Positions 55,900 through 64,000 of a DNA stretch of 64,000 bases are shown piece after piece. Location of the stretch: the NCBI RefSeq assembly GCF_006345805.1, contig NC_042998.1, positions 97,526,001-97,590,000 on the forward strand. Reading direction: 5' to 3'. Source of the stretch: Octopus sinensis (lineage: Eukaryota). How positions within the stretch are numbered: position 1 is the first letter of the stretch; every line of letters starts with the position of its first letter. A program made the translations under genes and the position numbers. The notes under the pieces were generated by a model. That model saw only the letters and a program-made list of their open reading frames with translations, was not told the origin of the DNA and did not search any database.

Positions 55900-57357
55900 T
55901 GTGTGTGTATGTGGAATTATGTGTGTGTGCATGTGTGTATGTGTGTCTTTCTGTCTGTCTGTCTGTATCTCAGTGCCTGTGTTTGTCGTCCACCTGATGT
56001 TTGAAACAGGTGTTGGTTTGTTTACAACCCCATAACATTTCAGCAAAAGGGACCTAAAGAATAACCACCATTCTTAAGAAATGAGCATTAGGTCTGATCT
56101 GTTAGACTATAATCCTTCACTGTGGTGCCCCAGCATGACCACAGTCCAATGTCTGAGACAACATAAAAGATAAAAATATTTGGAAATAAGTTTATAGGCT
56201 TAAAACCTTTTGTATGTTGATGAGTACATTCTATCTTCCAGCCATTAAGAGTAGTGATTGGTACATCCTTTCTTCAGCAAGTTATGATACTATTATATAA
56301 TTAATTTTTTTTTCTGTTTTGAGGCAGGTATGATGGGCAGTGCCTGTAACCATTCACAGCATCTCTAAAACTTGCAGGAAGGATGAAGGAAGGTATTCGT
56401 AAACTAGAAATTCAAATTGAATGCTTGCAATAGACTGAATTCTGCTAAATTGTACCCAGGGTGCCAGGTTATGGTATTAAGCCAGGTGATGGATTAAATC
56501 TACCACCCAAGTAGGTCCCAGCAAAATTTGAACTTGGAATGCAAAGAGCTGTAACAGTTTATACAAGGCATCCAAACTAATGTTTTTATAGTTCTGCTAA
56601 TCTATTTATCCTGAATTAGTGCGTTTTTTTATCAAGCCCAGAAAGATATGAGGCAAAGTTGGCTTTGATGGGATTTGAACTCAGAGCACAGAGAGTGAAA
56701 ACAAGTACCATAAAGCATTCCCTCCAACATTCTAATGATGCTTGCTGCCAATTTGATATATATCATCATCATCATCTTCACCATTTAACATCCTTTGTCC
56801 ATGCTGGTATGGGTTGGATGGTTTGACCAGGCTGGCACGCTGGAAGGCTGCACCAGACTCCAGTCCCATTTGGCATGGTTTTGTAAGGCTGGATGCCCTT
56901 CCTAGCACCAACCACTCCAAGAGTGTAATGGGCACTTTTACTTGCCACCGGTATGGGTACCATTTGCATGATACCTGGGCGCTTTTATGTGCCACTGAGG
57001 TGCTTTTATGTGTCACAGGGGTGCTTTTTTGTGCCACAGGGGTGCTTTTATGTGCTACTGGTAGGGGTGGCAATTTGTGTGACATGGGTATCTGCCACGA
57101 TTGTGATTTTGCTTGGTTTGATGGGTCTTCTTCTCAAGCACAACATGATGACAAAGGTTTCAGTCATTGCCTCTGTGAAGACCAACACTTGAAAGGAACT
57201 CGGACACTTTGTCTCCATGAAGCCCAACACTCAAAAAGTGTTCTTTACATACCACCGACATGAGTTAGAGTTAAGGTTAGCACATCGCCAAAGGTCTTGG
57301 TCACTAGTCATTGTTTCTGTGAGGTTCATCACCTTATATGTGTATACAAAGAAAAGG

Positions 57358-57686
57358 AGTAAAGTAAAGACCCCCTTTGGTCACAAATGACCATGGGATT
57401 GCACCAAGGAAGTTACCATCGTAGGCACAAGTCCAGGCAAGGTTGTTTATGGAAGACCAGCAGCCATCCATGCAGACCAGCCTCCCCTCTTCACACCGCC
57501 AATGTTATCCAAGGGAAAGACAAAAGCTGATATAGCTTGGCACCAGTGATGTCACAACTCATTTCTACAGATGCGTGAACTGGAGAATGTGAAATAAAGT
57601 GTCTTGCTCAAAAACACAACACACAGCTTGATCTGAGAATTGAACTCACAACCTCACGATTGAAAACTCAACACTCTAACCACTGA
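57358..57686 (-). mobile_element. tRNA-derived SINE family D (V-domain-like core)
   Basis: Minus strand TCAGTGGTTAGAG ... GAGTTCAATTC, then GTGTTTTTGAGCAAGACACTTTATTTCAC and a CTTTACTTTAC tail. Related heads at about 7860-8060(-), 28633-28810(+), 40790-40895(-), 46470-46700(+), 47930-48220(-), 50985-51110(-). Confidence 0.7.
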
Positions 57687-58009
57687 AAAGCAAACTTCTT
57701 ACCATGCAGACACACACACACATGCATGTGTGTATATATACATACCTATGTATGTACATTCCTACATACGTACATACATGCATGCATGCATACATACATA
57801 CATACATGCATACATACATACATACATACATACATACATACATACATACATACATACATACATACATCATACATACATACATACATACATACGTACAGGA
57901 TGCAAAGGGCATTTGAGGACACTTATCAGAATATTACTCTCTTTAAACCAATCAAAAGGTTTTCATTACCTCAGATCTCTATGACAAATAAAATGCTAAA
58001 ACAAGGAAC

Positions 58010-58730
58010 AAAATGACATGCAGTCATTGCTGCCAGATATGTGGAATGCAGGGGTTTAGAAATTGCAAACTTTCTAAAAGTTGCAAGATCTTTTGTACAC
58101 AAAATTTCAGATGGAACTGGAAGCCTCTGAACCATCACCGACGAACTTCAAGTATTAGAATGGACTATCAGAACTGTGGTATACAAAGACATTTGATACA
58201 AGTTGTTTGTATTGAGGAGAGGCAAATTCATGTCTGCAAAATCACAAGAAAACCATTTGATCTAGACCATGCAGTTACTCAGCAAGGTTAAAAAACTTCA
58301 TGAACATGGCATGCTTTGGTTTTTCTCTGATGAGAAAAACTTCGACCAAGACCAAAATTTTAATAGGGAAAGTGACGGATGATTATTTGAAAATCCTTCT
58401 CATGTCCTCAGAAGGAGGCACATTAGGCCTGTAGCAACTGTGATGGTTTTAAGGGTGGTGAGTATGCTGGTCATGTCATATCACCTCAGTTTCCATGGAA
58501 TCTTAGAATTAATGTTGCTGAATACGTTGAGGTGTGGAAACAGTTGTTAAGTCCTGAACAGATGAAGAATGCAGTGGAATGTTACACATTTCAACAATTC
58601 TGCACCTTTTCACAAACCCCACATGACCCAAGAACAGATATCAGACAATCTTTATAATCATGTAAGATCAAACTTGTGGCCTCTAAACTCACCAGATTTA
58701 TGTACCATGAACTTCTTTGTGTAGGTGTGC
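58010..58730 (+). pseudogene. Decayed Tc1/mariner-superfamily transposase (maT / DD37D-like)
   Basis: Fragments LEIANFLKVARSFVHKI, FSDEKNFDQDQNFNR, ATVMVLRVVS, YTFQQ-SAP, TQEQISDNLYNHVRSNLWPLNSPD, with frameshifts and stops. Confidence 0.8.
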
Positions 58731-60556
58731 AGTAGTGGCAAAGGGTGACTAGGAAACTAGGGCATGCAGTCCACCTCCACCCCCCACTGAGGTTGAGGTG
58801 GGTTCAGAGTATTCCACCCTCCCCCATTTTCCATGAAAAGTGTAGTATTATATATGCTTTGAGATATGGGGAGTCTGAAAAGGAAAATAGTATCCCCACC
58901 CCTACAATGCACCGTTTTGAAATAGTAAAACATGTGAAACATACATATAACTCTGGAAATCATCTTCCAACAATTTCATCCACTAGGGGTTATTCAAGCT
59001 GCTGACTTTGAGAAGAAAGTCAAAATTCTTTTTAAAGTTTAGAAGGAAAATTCGACATTCACGAACTCTTGAATTTGAGTGAGAGAGTACCAAATTAAGT
59101 GAATGTGTATAACAATGTACAACTTTTATCAGTGATGCAGCTTTTCTGTCTTTACTGACATCAACTTATCCCCTAAACCTTTCTTGAAGCCTTTCCTTCT
59201 CATCAACAAATTGCAAAATGTGTGACAGTTAAGATTTCATTCGAAGGTCTGTAGTGTCACCAAACATAACAGCAACAAATGTTTTCGTCGATCATTGGCT
59301 TAATTACACCTTCATTTGTAACAGATATACAATTAAATGGTTTCGTTTCGAATATCACTTGAAAGTAATATTCGTTTTCAATATCACTTCAAAGCTGAGA
59401 AAATGTATTCTTATACTGACAAACTAAAAGACATAGGAAACAGAAATATTTGCTCAGAATGGATCATCTTGTCATTCACTCAGATTATTCATAATACTTT
59501 CAATCAAAATAATGATGACATTCCTTGCTGCCCACTTCGGTTTTGATTTTCAGCTTAAGCTTTGGTTTCTTTTTACTGAGAATGATAATATTCTTCTTAT
59601 CTGTTTCAAAGTTAGGGAAAGGAGAGGGAAAACTGAATTTAATTTACCCTTTTGCCATCCTGGGAATGATTAAAAGCATGAGAAATTCTACTTGGTTATG
59701 ATCTTCTTAAATGAATCAAAGATTTATGCTAATAGATAATTTAGATGCTAGTTTACTTTTTTACATAACCATTCTTAACTTTAGATATTTAAAATTAAAT
59801 TTTAAAGCATCGGCATGAACGAATGGATGAAAACTTTACTTTTAATCACATGCACACAAACACATACACACACACACACACACACAAATAGTCAGTTTCT
59901 TCTTTTTGCTCTCTGTGTGAAATAGTCAAGAAAACTCTAGAGTCACATGAGTGAACTTAGGTCTTAAGAAGGGATCAAAAATGCTCCCTTCGTTGGTTAA
60001 ATCTTTTTAGAAAGCAAGCGTGGGTGTGTGATAAGAAGTTTGCTTCCCAACCACATGGTTCCAAGACCACTCTCCTACTAGTGTCTTCTACGTATAGCCT
60101 TGAGCCAACTAAAACCTTGTAAATGTGTGTATATGTGTGTGTGTGTATGTGTCTTTGTGTCCGTGTTTGTCCTTTACAATGCCTGACAACCTGTATTGGT
60201 GTGTTTACGTTCCCATAACTTAGCAGTTCTGCACAAGAGACCAAAAGAATAAGCACCAAGCTTTAAAAAAAAACTAAGGTAGATTCATTAGACTAAAAAT
60301 TATCTAAGGTCACAGGCTACTGATTGAAACAAGTAGAAGATAAAAGATAAAATGTGTACTCTTCAGTACTGAATAGTCATATGAAATATATCAGAAAGCA
60401 ATAAAACAAACTAGTAAATTGACTAAATATGCATTTCTAATCTAAATCTGTCCAACTATGAGGAAAGCCTCAGGAAAGTCCTCTGAATAGGCAAGTTTTT
60501 GAGCTCTGCTGCACAGGACAGTAAAAACATTAGCACTTCAAGAGAAAACGCGCGGA

Positions 60557-60840
60557 AAGGCAAGCAGTAAAATATCTGCTTTCTCTGTCTTTCTCTTTTT
60601 TGGTCACTGCTCTTACTATGACTGAAAGCAAGCAGTCGAAAATTTGCTTTCCATTGACAATTTAACATGGATGAAAGGCAAGCAGTAAAATATCTGCTTT
60701 CTCTGTTTTTCTTGGTCACTCACTCATTTTTTTGTTTTGTCCTTCTTTTTTATGCTCCTTTCTCAAAAATAATAGAATACAAAGAAAATAATATCACTGC
60801 TCTTACTATGACTGACAGCAAGCTGTAAAAAATTTGCTTG
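60557..60840. repeat. Interleaved direct repeats of about 30-45 bp
   Basis: GAAAGGCAAGCAGTAAAATATCTGCTTTCTCTGT at about 60557 and 60673; TCACTGCTCTTACTATGACTGA.AGCAAGC at about 60604 and 60794. Confidence 0.75.
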
Positions 60841-60933
60841 TTCTGGCCTTTCTTTCTCTTGATCACTTTATACTAAGAAATGAAGGAATGTGAAATAAAA
60901 GTAAATATGACTACAATGAATCTAGTGAATTAT

Positions 60934-61258
60934 TTCGTTTTGGGATTTGGTTTGCAAAATTCTTTATGTGAGTTCGTGTGTTGAAGCATATTTTATTGTG
61001 TCTGGAGAGAGTCATTTACTTTTAGTGCCTTATAATTTAACACACTCACCGGTAAAATTTCTACTCATTTACTTATTTATTTTTCTAAAATTTTCATTAC
61101 ATCTTGCAACCTTTTCAATAGTTGTTGACTCAAGTGAAAATGTTGCAAGATGCAACGAAAATTTCGGAAAAATAAATAAGTAAATGAGTGGAAATTTTAC
61201 CAGTGAGTGTGTTGAATAATAAGGCACTAAAAGAGAATGACTCTGCCCAGACACAACA
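60934..61258 (-). mobile_element. Penelope-like insertion with about 120-bp inverted arms and a degenerate U3-A8 hammerhead-like motif
   Basis: Arms 60996-61117 / 61136-61256. Imperfect flanking direct repeat GAATCTAGTGAATTAT (60918) / GAATCTGGTGAAATTAT (61259). Minus strand 61121-61085 reads CTA-TTGAAAA-G-GTTGC AAGAT GTAAT-GAAA-AT-TT-TAG; the other arm has a perfect GTTGC/GCAAC stem II. Confidence 0.6.
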
Positions 61259-64000
61259 GAATCTGGTGAAAATTATCAACATAAGCGCAGGAGTGACTGT
61301 GTGGTAAGTAGCTTGCTTACCAACCACATGGTTCCGGGTTCAGTCCCACTGTGTGGTACTTTGGGCAAGTGTCTTTATTATAAGGTTGAATGTGTTTTTA
61401 CTTGTTCTGAGTTGACCTGTTTAGTTCCAGGTAAACTCAGAATGAGCAGACTTGTGATCAATGGCATTCCATTTATATTCAGTCATTGTATCTTGCTGTT
61501 GTTGGCCTATAACATTTTTAAGATGATACACCAACAAGGGATTATCTACATGGTCACTCAGACTGCTAAAAGTAATCGCCAAATTTCCATAAAATTTTAT
61601 TTTATTCTCTTAAATAAAAGAAAAGCCATATTATATTCTCTCAGAGTGGTTAGCATTGGGAAGGGCATCCAGATGTAGAAAACCATGCCAAATCAGACAG
61701 GAGTCTGGTGGAGCCCCTCAGCTTACTGGCCCTAGTCAAACAATCCAACCGATGCTAGCATGGACAATGGACGTTAAATGATGATGATGATGTTCTTGAT
61801 GCTCTCAAACAGAAGGAATATTTTCTTGCCTTACCTTTGGCTCTCAGTTCCTAATGGAATCATAGAAATGCCGTTGTGTTATACAGCTTGTTTTGGACAA
61901 ATTAAACCTAGAAGAGCCCTTCCCTCTCCAAGGCTGACCCACAACTGATTTCTTCCAGAGAGAAAAATTAAATGAAAAATAGAGGGAGAAGAAGAATTGA
62001 ACCCCAGCACTAGTTGTCAGCTTCATAATTCATTAACTTATAACAGAATGAATGACAGGACTGACTGTGGCTTGATTTGAACTCAAAGTGCCGAGACCCA
62101 GAAGGAATACTGCAAAACATTTCATCTAATGCTCAAGTGACTCTGCCAATTAGTGGTCATAACTGGAACAATTTTGATTGGAGTTCTGCTTGGTCAAGGT
62201 TTACCTGAGTTTAAACAATTCATTCTGTGCAGGGTCATCTGAATGCCACAAAATATAAATAATGCAAGTCACCTTTCACCACCTTAAGGGAAGACACCAT
62301 TATAGAATTGGCAGCTGAAGATATTGATACACTAGCATAGCTAAAAGGGATGTGTAATTCACCCAGGATGACATGTTTTGGGGGTGTGGCACTTTACATA
62401 TGTATCATGTTGTCTTTTTCAAGGACTGCCCTGGGTGGTACAAAATCTGGCTACACCATTCTATTGATGTGACTTGTTGCTGTAGAACAGATGTGTAATG
62501 AAATTATACACAATGAGGAACAGATCAACTCAGTGTTTATATTCAACAGACTTTTTATAACTGCTCCACTGAGATTCTGTTCGGTTCATTTTTCCCTTTA
62601 TCAAAGACCACCCCTGATAACAGTGAAGTTAATTTCCCCTATGAGTTTGCTTTCAGTGACTCATTCTCCTCATCAACCTCAGCACATATTGTCTGGCATC
62701 AACAATAGTTGATCTTAGAGATGTCTTAAAGCTCACTGTTAACAAGTAGGTGCCAAATGATACTTTGAACAGTTGGTAATTAGTAGGGTAATTAAATGAT
62801 ACTGAGTAATTGTGGCCTCTGATTTGCTGGATCCTTACATACTTGTGAACTGATTGTGTAATACCAAGCCCAAACAAAGAGTTGAGGTAAAATGCATATT
62901 ATAGTAGATTCTTAGCTCTTTACCATCATTTGCATATTGATTAATAATGGCAGATGATGAGCTGATTAAAAAAAGATTGTTAACCAGCATTTATAGGCAA
63001 TGAATTGGCAGAGTTGTGAGAGTACCAGATAAAATGCATTGCACTGTTTATTCAACCTAGTTGTGTTCTGAGTTCAAATCCTGCTGAAGTCAACACTACC
63101 TTTTACTCTTCTGGGGTCAATAGACAAAGTACTAGTCAGGAGCAGTGAGCTGGCAGAAACATTAGAATGTTAAACAGGATGCTTTGCTGCATTTGTTCTT
63201 GTTCTGCATGTTCTGTAGCCTACTTAAGTGGTAGATTTAATCCACCAGCTGGTTTAACACACCCACTTCGTCCTTGGGTACCTTTAATGGAGCCCATTTT
63301 GTAGCATGGGGCCAGGCCTTGAGGTTGAGGAAATTCTCTTTCCCTTCTCCTACCAGTCTCAGGTGTCCTGGGTAGGAGATGTGGGTATTATTAACAGCCA
63401 AGTCTTTGCTGCTATTGTCTCCTTTGGGGTAAGACAATTTGGCGTGGTTGTTTGGAGGCTGACAATTTGGCACAGCTGGCTGGTGAGACAACCTGTTTTG
63501 GTAATAGTACATTTTGATGTGAAGAACAAAACACACAGACACGCATGTGCGCGCACACATACATCATACAGACACACAAAGACATGCATGCACAGATATA
63601 TACATATACAAAAATTGAGAAAGATATACATACATACAAACATAACTAGATGCTCACACATAAACAGACAGAGAGAAAAGGAAAACGAGAACAAGAGAAA
63701 CATTAAAATAAGAAAAACACTAAAATGTCTAATGTCAAATAAATCGCATTAAATCAGCAATGCCAAATAAGCACTGCTGTACCACATCTCATAACCTGTT
63801 TACTTATACATCATGTCAGCTATAACTGATAACTGCCAGAGTAACATGAACAATTTAAGTTCAAGTAATGGGTAAGTACATCAATACCTATTGAGTCAAG
63901 TACATCAACATCAAAATAAAAATCAAATGGAAATTATGGTTGTGATGCCCATGCCGATGGCTCGTAAAAAGCACCATCCAAACATGGCCGATGCCCGCAC

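Noticed and set aside
60612-60650. GACTG...CAGTC-GAAA-ATTT hairpin resembling hammerhead stem II
   Set aside because: No NUGANNA core upstream and no stem I; the hairpin is not preserved in the second repeat copy at about 60810.
62310-62462. Possible hAT-type MITE (CACTAGCATAGCTA ... TGGCTACACCATT)
   Set aside because: Terminal match too degenerate and no 8-bp TSD found.

Overview
AT-rich, repeat-saturated animal genomic DNA. The SINE, LINE and microsatellite repertoire looks like an octopod cephalopod (inference from repeat style, not verified). Only one host protein-coding segment is recognisable: the first coding exon of a hemicentin-like gene on the minus strand (53719-53443; signal peptide plus start of a VWA domain, phase-1 GT donor). 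I found no second exon, so about 53 kb to its left is probably one very large first intron. The rest comprises at least four SINE-like families, decayed non-LTR retrotransposons (CR1-like, RTE-like, and R4/Dong-like RLE elements embedded in TAA or TACA repeats), a decayed hAT/Buster transposase, a decayed Tc1/mariner (maT-like) transposase, mariner- and piggyBac-type MITEs, a head-to-tail Helitron array and many microsatellites. Almost all ORFs in the supplied track are microsatellite artefacts. The main unexpected signal is three unrelated short Penelope-like or retrozyme-like insertions (about 36.2-36.8 kb, 39.4-39.7 kb, 60.9-61.3 kb). Each folds into a minimal type I hammerhead ribozyme whose C3-G8 core pair is replaced by a compensatory U3-A8 or G3-C8 pair, which a canonical CUGANGA search would miss. 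A pri-miRNA-like hairpin also lies sense to the intron at 48.4-48.5 kb. All folds were done by eye and need testing.
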